DNA of 64,000 bases from Gammaproteobacteria bacterium. Its GTDB lineage: Bacteria > Pseudomonadota > Gammaproteobacteria > JABABF01. Under the pieces are notes generated by a model. The model was not told where the DNA came from, searched no databases, and saw only the letters and a list, made by a program, of their open reading frames with translations. This document shows positions 13,996-22,326 of the stretch, one piece after another. The stretch spans positions 518,289-582,288 of the forward strand of contig OZ242171.1 of the NCBI GenBank assembly GCA_965205525.1. Direction: 5' to 3'. Position 1 is the stretch's first letter. Every line of letters begins with the position of its first letter. The translations under genes and the position numbers were made by a program.

Positions 13996-15213
13996 CTAGG
14001 GTCTGCAGAGATCTGCCGTGAAGCTCGTGCGCCCGCCCCCCACTGCAGGGGTAAATTCCAGGGTGGCTTCAAGACCGGAAATAGAGAGGGATGTGTAGGT
14101 GCCGCTGCTGTCTTGGGGATCCGGCATGAGTGCCAGTTGAGAGAGATCGTCTCCCCCCGTGTATTCCCCGCTAATGGGGGTGCCGGTGGGGTCGGTATCG
14201 GCATCTACCCGCACGCCGCTTATGCTGCCGTCCGCATGGAAATTCATTTCCAGCAGCACACTGCCGGTGGCGGTGCTCACCATGCGCCATCGCAGATCTG
14301 TCAGCGGAGTATCGCTGAGCCGCTGCACATCCATCGGGCCAGTTGGCGAAGTTCTGGCAATGCTCCTGTAGTCCCGGGCAAATCGGCCGGTGAAGTCCCG
14401 GCGGGTTCCCGCTTCCGTGTCAATTTCTGCAAAGCTGAGGTCCGTGTCCGCCGGCAGCGGGGTACTGCGGAATGCACCGCGAATGTCCAGCCCCGCATCG
14501 CTCAATCCGTATATAGAATTCACCGGCAGGGAGGCGGGCAGGGCGAAGGTGCCCGAGTCATCGCTGTCGCTGTAGCGGTATACGCCCGCTGCATGACAGC
14601 GCTGGGCCGCTTGCAGTCTCGCGATAGCATCCGTCAGGGCTGGGTAGTCCTCTCCCGCGGCGGGGAGATTTGGAAAATCTGCCAGGAGACCGGTGCCTGC
14701 AACATAGGGGCCGCCGCTTATCGACTGCACGGCATCGTGCATGATAATGCGGCTATGGAGTTCATTGGCAATAACAATCCGGTCCGTGTCTGAATTGCTG
14801 TGCAGACCTTGCAGGAAGGCGGCGACCTGTTGCACGATTGCTACGTTACCGGAGAGATCGGCCGGGGTGAGGGTCAGTCCCTCTGTGCTGGCTTCGGCCC
14901 TGGTGATAGCAGTGCCCCCCAGCTCCAGGCGATCATCGCTGTCTGCGGCATCGTCGCCGAGAAAGAAGACAACCCTGCTCGCCCTGTCCCTGGGGTAGCG
15001 GAAGCTGCCCAGCGGATCGGTGCGTCCGCTCCTTGAAACACTGTTGCTCTCCAGCACCTCGTAGAAGACACCCTGTACCGGGTCGTCGCTGAAGCGCCCT
15101 GCATAGAAATTTTCTTCCGAGTTTTCATCCTCATCATCGCTGTCTTCGTGACAGCCTGCGCTGAAGCCGAGTGCCAGGAACAGCAGGAGAAAATGCAGAT
15201 AGCGAATTGTCAT
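13996..15213 (-). CDS. lipoprotein of unknown function with acidic post-lipobox linker (candidate exported/T2SS-associated protein)
   Basis: ATG at 15213; signal peptide MTIRYLHFLLLFLALGFSAGC (lipobox LGFSAG|C) followed by HEDSDDEDENSEE; 405 aa, host-like GC; no recognisable domain. Confidence 0.6.
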   Translation of the reverse strand: MTIRYLHFLLLFLALGFSAGCHEDSDDEDENSEENFYAGRFSDDPVQGVFYEVLESNSVSRSGRTDPLGSFRYPRDRASRVVFFLGDDAADSDDRLELGGTAITRAEASTEGLTLTPADLSGNVAIVQQVAAFLQGLHSNSDTDRIVIANELHSRIIMHDAVQSISGGPYVAGTGLLADFPNLPAAGEDYPALTDAIARLQAAQRCHAAGVYRYSDSDDSGTFALPASLPVNSIYGLSDAGLDIRGAFRSTPLPADTDLSFAEIDTEAGTRRDFTGRFARDYRSIARTSPTGPMDVQRLSDTPLTDLRWRMVSTATGSVLLEMNFHADGSISGVRVDADTDPTGTPISGEYTGGDDLSQLALMPDPQDSSGTYTSLSISGLEATLEFTPAVGGGRTSFTADLCRP

Positions 15214-15312
15214 GGGGAGCTGGGGCTCTGTTTTGCTGGGGAAACAGGTGAATTGTAGCACAGTGGACAATGCTTTTGAATGTCTTGTAAGAATCATTAT
15301 GTATTGTCAATC

Positions 15313-15376
15313 TGTACTTTTGCGGCATGATCCTTTGCTAAATTGTCTTGACGGCTCTTCTCATCTTTGAGGATTA
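15313..15376. repeat. degenerate copy of the glycosyltransferase gene's stop-9nt-ATG junction and first ~55 nt (direct repeat partner of 16611-16684)
   Basis: Read on the - strand, the GT gene's TAA stop is followed by tcctcaaagATGagaagagccgtcaagacaatttag, then ATGccgcaaaagtacagattgaca. This is ~85% identical to the GT gene's own start ttcctgaagATGaaaagagcagtcaaggcagtcaagaaaatttggcgaaggatcataccgcaaaagtatagattgata. Confidence 0.75.
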
Positions 15377-16672
15377 ATAGAAAAAGGGATCAGTAGAAAA
15401 TCCCGTCTTTGCTGGTTGGAAATCATCATCATTGGTCATGATATAGTCAATATCATAACCGTCTGCTTTGCCTTCTGCATAGTGAATCATGTAATTTTTT
15501 TTATTTAGGGTTTTCATGACGTTATGTTTTTTGATAAGAATTCCATTGAGTTTTTTATTACGAAAATAAGAAAGCGATAGACTATTATTAAACCAGTTGC
15601 CAGGTCCTGCAATGATGTAATTACAATCAGCTAAAAGATGTATATTCTTTACAGACGACATGGTCTCTTGTTTTATTAATTCCGGATGACGTATAAGCAT
15701 ATCAGCATTCAGAAGATCATAACGTTTTTCATTATCATCATAAATAAAGTCTATTTCTGAATTTTTAGGTAAGAGCTGAATAGCCTCTTCTGAATCGGTC
15801 GTTACAAATACCGTCTTGATGCCAGTTTGATGGACTACTTGCTTAACTATTTCAAGGTACTTTTGAATAGGAATAAAGCGATGCTTTTCAAAATCTTTAT
15901 TTAATCCCCCTTGTCGTATGTGAACACCAATAATTGGATTTTTGAACCCTATTTCCTTCCTTTTCTTTTCAATATGAGCCTTATATTCTTGTTTTAGTTT
16001 CAAGAAAGAGCCTAAAATAAGGCCTCTAGTGTAGATTGGGTGTAACGGTAAAGATAACGGGTGAACAGAATTTAAAAGTTCAGGCAATAACGGCGAATTG
16101 AAAGTTTGAAAAAAGCCAGAGTAAACGACTTTTCCTTTTTGGGGCAAGCCATTGAATTTAATTGCTTTCTTGTTATATTTTGGGTGTATATCTTCCAAAG
16201 AGTGAATGGATATAGGTTCGTAGCAAAAATCATAAACCAATTGACTACTATCATACAATAATGCCCGATTATACAAATAACTATAGGCGAGCCCTTTACT
16301 AAGAGGATCTAAAACAGCGGCTCCAAAACCATAATGGGAGTTCCCAGCATTAACTATAAGGAATTTTGATTCTTGGAAAGGAATTCCAAATTGCAGTAGC
16401 TGAAGTTTGTTAAGTATCATGGAATCCAAGGATTTGAATGTATCCGGTGGATAATTATGTGGCGATATAGTTTTAGATAAAATAAGCCCTGTTTTCTTTG
16501 CATATAATTTGACTCTAAGATTTAAAATGAGATCTTGGAGGTCTTGGATAAATTCCCTCACTCTGCCAGCCAAAAGAGGAGGGAGGACTCTGATTCTATA
16601 TAGTATCAATCTATACTTTTGCGGTATGATCCTTCGCCAAATTTTCTTGACTGCCTTGACTGCTCTTTTCAT
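15374..16672 (-). CDS. fucosyltransferase-superfamily glycosyltransferase (NodZ/FUT8 GT23-like or GT11-like), horizontally acquired
   Basis: 432 aa ORF at ~33-37% GC in a ~62% GC genome, rich in K/N/I/Y. Motifs IGVHIRQGG (compare NodZ IGVHVRHGNGE and GT11 HIRRGDY), VFVTTDS (NodZ VFLCTDS) and LLADCNYIIAGPGNWF (NodZ LLGRCDTVIRFPPTSAF). Starts 9 nt after the gspN stop, same strand. Confidence 0.6.
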   Translation of the reverse strand: MKRAVKAVKKIWRRIIPQKYRLILYRIRVLPPLLAGRVREFIQDLQDLILNLRVKLYAKKTGLILSKTISPHNYPPDTFKSLDSMILNKLQLLQFGIPFQESKFLIVNAGNSHYGFGAAVLDPLSKGLAYSYLYNRALLYDSSQLVYDFCYEPISIHSLEDIHPKYNKKAIKFNGLPQKGKVVYSGFFQTFNSPLLPELLNSVHPLSLPLHPIYTRGLILGSFLKLKQEYKAHIEKKRKEIGFKNPIIGVHIRQGGLNKDFEKHRFIPIQKYLEIVKQVVHQTGIKTVFVTTDSEEAIQLLPKNSEIDFIYDDNEKRYDLLNADMLIRHPELIKQETMSSVKNIHLLADCNYIIAGPGNWFNNSLSLSYFRNKKLNGILIKKHNVMKTLNKKNYMIHYAEGKADGYDIDYIMTNDDDFQPAKTGFSTDPFFY

Positions 16673-16684
16673 CTTCAGGAATTA
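16611..16684. repeat. direct repeat partner: gspN stop, 9-nt spacer and 5' end of the glycosyltransferase gene
   Basis: See 15313-15376. This copy carries an internal 9-bp duplication (cttgactgccttgactgc, AVKAVK). Confidence 0.75.
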
Positions 16685-17647
16685 TTCCTTTTGTAGATTA
16701 TCGTTGGGCGAGGGCTCGGGCGGTACAGCGACAGCAGATGAGGGAGCTCCTGTCCCCGATTCTGTCGCCGCTTCCCCGGAGGCTGTTTCGGGTGTTTGTG
16801 ACTCCGCTGCCTGAGATTTGTATGCTTCCGGCGGCTTGAGGCTCTGCGGTCCCGCACTGCCGGGGGGGATTGCCAGGCTCAAGAGAAAGGCGCCGTCCGG
16901 CTTCGGCGCGCCGGCGATATCCCGCAGGCGTTGTCGCAGCAGCGCCCCCGCATCCTGCCGGGGCACAATCCGTCCGCTGGCTCCGGCCGCACCGCCGCCG
17001 TACCAGAGCATCCCTTGCACTTCCAGGGGGCCGCCGAAATCCTCTAGGGCGGCCAGCAGATAGCCCGCTTCATCCCGGGCCAAATCTGCGGCCAGGTTGC
17101 CGAAGGCGAGTGAGCCCCCCCGGATATTCAGCTGGCTGTTCTGCCAGCCGAGGGAGGCATCCACCTCCCGGATCTCTCCGGACCAGCGAAGATGCCTTAT
17201 CCGCAGACTGATCTCCCCCTCGGCATTCATGCCCTTGGGCAGCCAGGGACTGAGGAGAGGAGCCTTGCCGAGCACCAGCGCATCCCGGAGCAGGATGCTG
17301 CCATTAATCCCCGCAATTGCTGTGCCAGAAATTTCCCTGTCCGCCGCCGTCGCTTCCACTTGCAGCTGCACCCGGGCGAGCAGGAGGGCGGCTGGAGACA
17401 GCCGCCATTGCAAGCGTCCCAGGGACAGCCAGTTGCCCCGCACTTGCACCGCTGCCAGCTCTGCGTTTCCTTGCCACAGGGTGCCGCTCACACCTTCCAG
17501 GTGAAGGATGGGTATCTGCTGGCTGAGCCAGCCCGCCGCCAGCCGCGCCGGGGCGGTGACGGCCAGGGACAGGATAAAAATGCCGGCGCCGAGAGAAACT
17601 ATCAGCGCAGGAGAGGGGCGGAGCAGGGCGGCGAGATTAAGCTGCAT
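16682..17647 (-). CDS. gspN: type II secretion system protein N
   Basis: Last gene of the gsp operon, N-terminal TM segment, GspN-like core; unusual ~75-aa Pro/Ser/Ala/Glu-rich C-terminal tail. Confidence 0.75.
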   Translation of the reverse strand: MQLNLAALLRPSPALIVSLGAGIFILSLAVTAPARLAAGWLSQQIPILHLEGVSGTLWQGNAELAAVQVRGNWLSLGRLQWRLSPAALLLARVQLQVEATAADREISGTAIAGINGSILLRDALVLGKAPLLSPWLPKGMNAEGEISLRIRHLRWSGEIREVDASLGWQNSQLNIRGGSLAFGNLAADLARDEAGYLLAALEDFGGPLEVQGMLWYGGGAAGASGRIVPRQDAGALLRQRLRDIAGAPKPDGAFLLSLAIPPGSAGPQSLKPPEAYKSQAAESQTPETASGEAATESGTGAPSSAVAVPPEPSPNDNLQKE

Positions 17648-17659
17648 GGGGAATGGCCT

Positions 17660-18139
17660 TCAATACTGCAAGCGGGCTTGCACATTGACGAGGCCGGCAT
17701 CCCGGGCCGCGATGATGCTGATCTTCTGGATGATGGTATCGCCCTTGTATTCCAGATCGTGAAACCATCGGGCCACACGGCTGAACTCGGTGTTTTTCAG
17801 CCATACCTGTACGCCGCCATTCTTGCCGGCCTGCAGTCGATCTATGCGTATTCCCCTCGCCCTGGCCGCCGTCTCTGTCGCTTGGGCCAGGTTGCGCTCC
17901 TTGCCGGTGTCGCCCCCCCGGCTCCGCTGCAGCAGCGAGAAGTCTGCAGTCGCCTGCTGCAGCCAGGCGAGATCTGTCGCCAGCCCCCGGTTGGCCGAGA
18001 CCAGCTCCTGATTCTTGGCGGCCAGGGGGGAGAGGACGAAGGCGATGGACAAAAACAGGCTGAGACCGATGGCGGCTGCCACCAGTATCAGCTGCTCTCG
18101 GGCGCTACGCTGCAGAAACCATTTTTGCACTATGTTCAC
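17660..18139 (-). CDS. gspM: type II secretion system protein M
   Basis: 159 aa, single N-terminal TM segment, lies between gspL and gspN, 4-nt overlap with gspL. Confidence 0.8.
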   Translation of the reverse strand: MNIVQKWFLQRSAREQLILVAAAIGLSLFLSIAFVLSPLAAKNQELVSANRGLATDLAWLQQATADFSLLQRSRGGDTGKERNLAQATETAARARGIRIDRLQAGKNGGVQVWLKNTEFSRVARWFHDLEYKGDTIIQKISIIAARDAGLVNVQARLQY

Positions 18140-19401
18140 AGTGCCTTCGCCCCTTCTGCTTTCCCCTCTTCACCGCCGAGTGAGCAGCTGAGCCTGGCCC
18201 GCACCCGTTCGTTCTTGGAGTTGCTGTTCAGGAGGCGGGAGGAGACGCCTGCCTGCTGCATTGCATCCCGTATTTTTTGGATGTCGGTGAATTCCGGCAC
18301 ATCTATTTCCGTACGCATCTGCCCCTTTTCGCTTTCGTAGTTTATTGAAATGAAGCGGGCGAGGGGCACTGTCTGCAAAGCGATGCCGGAACGCACAAAA
18401 ATTTCGCTAAAGCGGCTGACCCGGTTTCCAGACTGGCGTCTTCCTTCCAGCTCCTCCTGCAGGCGAGTCCGTGCAGTGTCAATGCTAAGACCCGCCGCAT
18501 CCGGGAAGACCTGCTGATAGGTCCGAGAGGCCGCGATGCGTATTCGCCGGTTCTCCTCATTTAAAGTCTGGTGCTTGGCATAGTCAGCCGCTCCTTGCAG
18601 CAGCAGGGCACCGATTACAAAGAGCGCCGCGATGCGCCATTGCAGCCAGATGTCCATCCAGGGTATGCGGCGGCTGAAGTCCCCCTGCATGAGATCTATG
18701 ACATCGGCATCTTCCTGCAGAGCACCGATATCCCGGAAGGGCTCTGCGCTCTGCATCGTGCATATTTTCTGCAGTTTTTCTGGCAGGCAGCCGAGGGCGG
18801 CGGATTCTTCCGCCGCCTCCTGCACGGTGATTTGGATGCACTCCGGCAGCAGCAGCTCCGCCAGTTTTTCCAGCAGCAGCGGCCCGGTCTCGCTGTTGCA
18901 GACAAAGCCTGTGCTCCGCGCCGCCGAGACGAGCAGCTGTCCCTCCTCGTAGCTGCACGCCCAGCCCCCGGGAGGTCTCTCCAGCAGCTGCTGCTCCGGC
19001 AGACATAGAGCGGGCTCCAGGCCTGCCCCCTGCAGCTCCTGCAGCCAGCCCTGCAGGAGCTCCCGACTGACAATGGCCAGGTCCAGTGTGTCCGCATCCT
19101 GCCGTCCGGCGGCAAAATGCAGTGTCTCTATGCTGTCGGCTAAGTCTTCTTCCAGCAGGTAAGGTGCACTTTCCTGAATGTGGCGCCGCTCCTTGGAGCT
19201 GAACTGTATCTGCCGCAGCAAGGTGTCCCCGGCGGGGGCAGCCAGCACGAAAGTGCACTTGCCGGCGGCGGCGGCGATCTCCTGGGGTGTATTGCAGGCC
19301 GGCGGGTACGCCGCCCCCGCATCCCCTAAAGAGCGCCAGCGAAACATGCCCGGCTCCCCGGGCATCGGGCGCAGCAGTATGCAGAAATTTTTATCCGACA
19401 T
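18136..19401 (-). CDS. gspL: type II secretion system protein L
   Basis: 421 aa, cytoplasmic actin-like domain, central TM segment (WRIAALFVIGALLL), periplasmic C-domain; position in the operon. Confidence 0.8.
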   Translation of the reverse strand: MSDKNFCILLRPMPGEPGMFRWRSLGDAGAAYPPACNTPQEIAAAAGKCTFVLAAPAGDTLLRQIQFSSKERRHIQESAPYLLEEDLADSIETLHFAAGRQDADTLDLAIVSRELLQGWLQELQGAGLEPALCLPEQQLLERPPGGWACSYEEGQLLVSAARSTGFVCNSETGPLLLEKLAELLLPECIQITVQEAAEESAALGCLPEKLQKICTMQSAEPFRDIGALQEDADVIDLMQGDFSRRIPWMDIWLQWRIAALFVIGALLLQGAADYAKHQTLNEENRRIRIAASRTYQQVFPDAAGLSIDTARTRLQEELEGRRQSGNRVSRFSEIFVRSGIALQTVPLARFISINYESEKGQMRTEIDVPEFTDIQKIRDAMQQAGVSSRLLNSNSKNERVRARLSCSLGGEEGKAEGAKAL

Positions 19402-19422
19402 CGCGCTTTATCCGCAGCGGAT

Positions 19423-20520
19423 CTACAGGATGTCCGTACTGCGCACGATGGCGATCACTTCGGGCTTGCCGTCTGCAAGAAACTTGCGCTCCAGCACGCT
19501 CTGCAGGCGGTCCTCAATGCCGCCGACCCGGGCCCTGCCTTCAAACAGGAAGATGTTGCTGTGCACGGAAAGTCCCGGCTTATCGCACACGGCGATCCCT
19601 CCCACTCTAACAGAGGCGCAGAAGGAACTTACATGCCTGAAGCCGCATCTGAAGATCTGGTCATCGCCGCCTGAAAGGAATTTTGCAGTGTGATCTTCCC
19701 ATACGGTGGAACGTGCCACCAGAATGTCTTGGATCAGCTCCGGGTTGGTGACAGGCAGCAGATCAAACTGCCCGGTTCCTCCTGGCAGTGCCCGAAGCAG
19801 GTTGGTGCTGGCGCTGTTGACATTGATTTTGCCGGCGCTCCGATGGGGCCAGATAGTGAGGTCCCGCTTGATGCGGTTGTACAGCTTGGGGCTGACACTG
19901 GGTATCAGCCGCAATTCGCTGACGCTGCCCATGGGTCCGTTGGCCGTGCGGTAGTCCAGGCCCGCGGCGGCATAGGCATCATCCTCCATGCCTCCGAGGC
20001 CGGTGGGCTCGCTGTCTTTGTCAACCCAGTCACGGACTGCCTGGGCGATCAGGATCGCATCTTCCGGAGTGATTTCCAGCCCATAGGTCTGCAGAAGCCG
20101 TATGAAACGGGCTTGGTGGATACCAACAGGGAATTCCTGTCCCTCCCGGTAGGGTGCAATTGCCATGGAGTTGATGTTGAAGCGGGCACTGAGGTCCGTA
20201 ATGCTGAAGGAGAGAGAGCCCCCGGTGATGGGGAAGGGGGGACGGCTCCGGCTCCAGTTGTCGCAGGAGGCATCAATGTTTTTTCCCTGGCCAGATTTTT
20301 TGCTTTCCCAATGGTCCTCCATCAGCTCCCGCTGGGCCAGGGCCTCGGCCCCGAGCAGATATAAAAACCCCTGCTCGCCGTGGATGTAGTTGCTCTGGTA
20401 GCGGATGTTCAGCAGGTAGTTGCCGGCGATGCCCGTGCCCAGCCCGGCTACCAGGCCCACCACCAAAAGCGCCACCACCAAGGCGGCGCCTCGCTGAATT
20501 TTCCTGGGACCTGGGTTCAT
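19423..20520 (-). CDS. gspK: type II secretion minor pseudopilin K
   Basis: 365 aa, N-terminal GAALVVALLVV hydrophobic segment, GspK-like alpha-domain; position after gspJ. Confidence 0.85.
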   Translation of the reverse strand: MNPGPRKIQRGAALVVALLVVGLVAGLGTGIAGNYLLNIRYQSNYIHGEQGFLYLLGAEALAQRELMEDHWESKKSGQGKNIDASCDNWSRSRPPFPITGGSLSFSITDLSARFNINSMAIAPYREGQEFPVGIHQARFIRLLQTYGLEITPEDAILIAQAVRDWVDKDSEPTGLGGMEDDAYAAAGLDYRTANGPMGSVSELRLIPSVSPKLYNRIKRDLTIWPHRSAGKINVNSASTNLLRALPGGTGQFDLLPVTNPELIQDILVARSTVWEDHTAKFLSGGDDQIFRCGFRHVSSFCASVRVGGIAVCDKPGLSVHSNIFLFEGRARVGGIEDRLQSVLERKFLADGKPEVIAIVRSTDIL

Positions 20521-21218
20521 CAGGTTTCTCCCTGCTTCTGCTTCAATTTATTCTCCCATTCCCGGATGGTCGGGATATTGGGCCAGAAAGGGGCGATCTG
20601 GAACAGACGCCGGATTCTTCCCCAGTCCTCCAGCTCCAGCACGATTTCCACTGCCGGCGGTCTGTAGGAATCCGGCGAATCTTCCAGCCCAAGCTGCCAG
20701 CTGGACTCCCATTGCGAGCCGATCTCACGGTCTTCAAAGGAATCTTCTGAAATGATGGGTTTTAGAAAGTTCACCTGCACATCTCTCACGCCCTGCAAAA
20801 GGGTGACGAGGCGGGGGCGGCTTTCGCCGCTGTAGTCCAGGGCGGTCCATAGCTCCCGCTGCAGCTTGCCATCATCTATACGATAGAGTACCCGCTGCAG
20901 ATTGCTGCGGGCACGACCCGCCGGGTTCTCCCAGCCCGAGCGGGTCAGGGCAAAGAGGATTTCTCCGTCGCCGCCGTAAAAGGCGGTGCGGTGCTCGTCG
21001 CTGTCGGTGCGAATGGAGCGGGGTCGCGTCTGCCTGAGGTCCCGGGACAGGAGCACCATGGCCAGGTTGATCTCCCGCATGCGATCGCTCTGGACCTGGT
21101 TGCGCTCGTTGGCGCTCATAGCCGCATCAAGGCCGCTGAAAGCCATCAGGCCGACTATGGCGGTGATCATCATTGCCAGCAGCAGCTCTATCAGGCTGAA
21201 GCCTGCCCGTTTATTCAT
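20520..21218 (-). CDS. gspJ: type II secretion minor pseudopilin J
   Basis: Prepilin motif AGFSLIELLLAMMI, 232 aa. Confidence 0.85.
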   Translation of the reverse strand: MNKRAGFSLIELLLAMMITAIVGLMAFSGLDAAMSANERNQVQSDRMREINLAMVLLSRDLRQTRPRSIRTDSDEHRTAFYGGDGEILFALTRSGWENPAGRARSNLQRVLYRIDDGKLQRELWTALDYSGESRPRLVTLLQGVRDVQVNFLKPIISEDSFEDREIGSQWESSWQLGLEDSPDSYRPPAVEIVLELEDWGRIRRLFQIAPFWPNIPTIREWENKLKQKQGET

Positions 21219-21655
21219 TATGGTGATGGTGACTTCAGATCGGCCTCTGCATCTTCTGCGTAGGCGACGAAGTCGTTGAAAAAGCCCACCAGGGTTGCCA
21301 GGTTGCTCTCGCTTTCGCCGTCTTCACGCCAGACGGAGACCTCGGTGCGGTAGTAGTGGGGCAGGTCGGTGACCTCGGTGTCTAAGTGCCAGCGCCACCG
21401 GTAGCCGGCCATCTCCACGGTGCCCTCATCCTGGTCCTGAGGCGCCTCGCCGAGCAGCGCATTTTCAATTTGCAGCTCGGTGATCTTATTGCTCGCCACC
21501 CAGTTGGCGATGGTGCGGTTACGCATGTGGGCCGTCCCGTCCAGCTGCACCATCGTGGTGTACAGCAGCGCCGGCAGGGCGATGCCGATGATGGAGACGG
21601 CCACTAGCACTTCAATCAGGGTAAAGCCTTGCTGGTGCGGCCGCAGCCCGCTCAT
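21218..21655 (-). CDS. gspI: type II secretion minor pseudopilin I
   Basis: Prepilin motif QGFTLIEVLVAVSIIG, 145 aa. Confidence 0.85.
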   Translation of the reverse strand: MSGLRPHQQGFTLIEVLVAVSIIGIALPALLYTTMVQLDGTAHMRNRTIANWVASNKITELQIENALLGEAPQDQDEGTVEMAGYRWRWHLDTEVTDLPHYYRTEVSVWREDGESESNLATLVGFFNDFVAYAEDAEADLKSPSP

Positions 21656-22326
21656 AGATCGTCTCCCCCTTCAATCGTCATCTCTCCGTACAGGTTGCCC
21701 TTAAGGCGAACGGCGGTGACCGGGGAATCAAATTCATCCAGCACCGAAAAAATGAGGGTGAACGGGGTGATCTCGCCGCTGGACAGGAACAGCAGCTGGG
21801 GCCAGTGCTCATCCTCTTCCTCCTCCTCCTCTTTGCCCCAGGCCAGATCCTCCTCCTCCTGCTCTAGGCTTACCGCATCCTCTTCAGCCTCCAGCTCAAC
21901 GATCAGGCCCGGCTGCATCTTGCGGGAGGAGAAGCCGCTGCGATTGTCCACAAAGGGGCGCCAGCTTTCGCTGTTCCGGTGGTAACTCAGCCACTGGTAG
22001 CTGTACTGGGAGAGCCCGTCCGCCGCCGACTCCTCGCTTTTGAATTCAAGCCCCAGCTGTCTCCTAAACAGCACCGCCTCCTCGTGGGCCAGCCGCATCA
22101 CCCGGTGAAGCTGTCGCGCCTCTGCCTCGGCATCCGCCTGGGCACTGCGCCCCAGGCCCAGCCCGGCGATAGCGACGACAATGCTGATAATAAAAATGAC
22201 AACCAAGACCTCCAGCAGCGAGAACCCGCTGCCAGCGGCAGATCTTCTGCCGTGCCCTGGGACGGGGAAGGGTGCCAGCGTCTCAGTTAGTCTGCCAGTT
22301 GCCGAGGTCAGAGTCTTCTCCTTCAC
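21652..22326 (-). CDS. gspH: type II secretion minor pseudopilin H with an in-frame poly-Glu insertion
   Basis: Prepilin motif GSGFSLLEVLVVIFIIS. GTG start gives an unusually long 33-aa leader, so the start is uncertain. Contains EAEEDAVSLEQEEEDLAWGKEEEEEEDEHW encoded by (GAG/GAA)n. Confidence 0.8.
   Translation of the reverse strand: MKEKTLTSATGRLTETLAPFPVPGHGRRSAAGSGFSLLEVLVVIFIISIVVAIAGLGLGRSAQADAEAEARQLHRVMRLAHEEAVLFRRQLGLEFKSEESAADGLSQYSYQWLSYHRNSESWRPFVDNRSGFSSRKMQPGLIVELEAEEDAVSLEQEEEDLAWGKEEEEEEDEHWPQLLFLSSGEITPFTLIFSVLDEFDSPVTAVRLKGNLYGEMTIEGGDDL

Noticed and set aside
13972-14793. 273-aa + strand ORF opposite the lipoprotein gene
   Set aside because: The - strand ORF has a canonical lipoprotein signal peptide and lipobox and coherent composition. 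The + strand frame is an antisense artefact.
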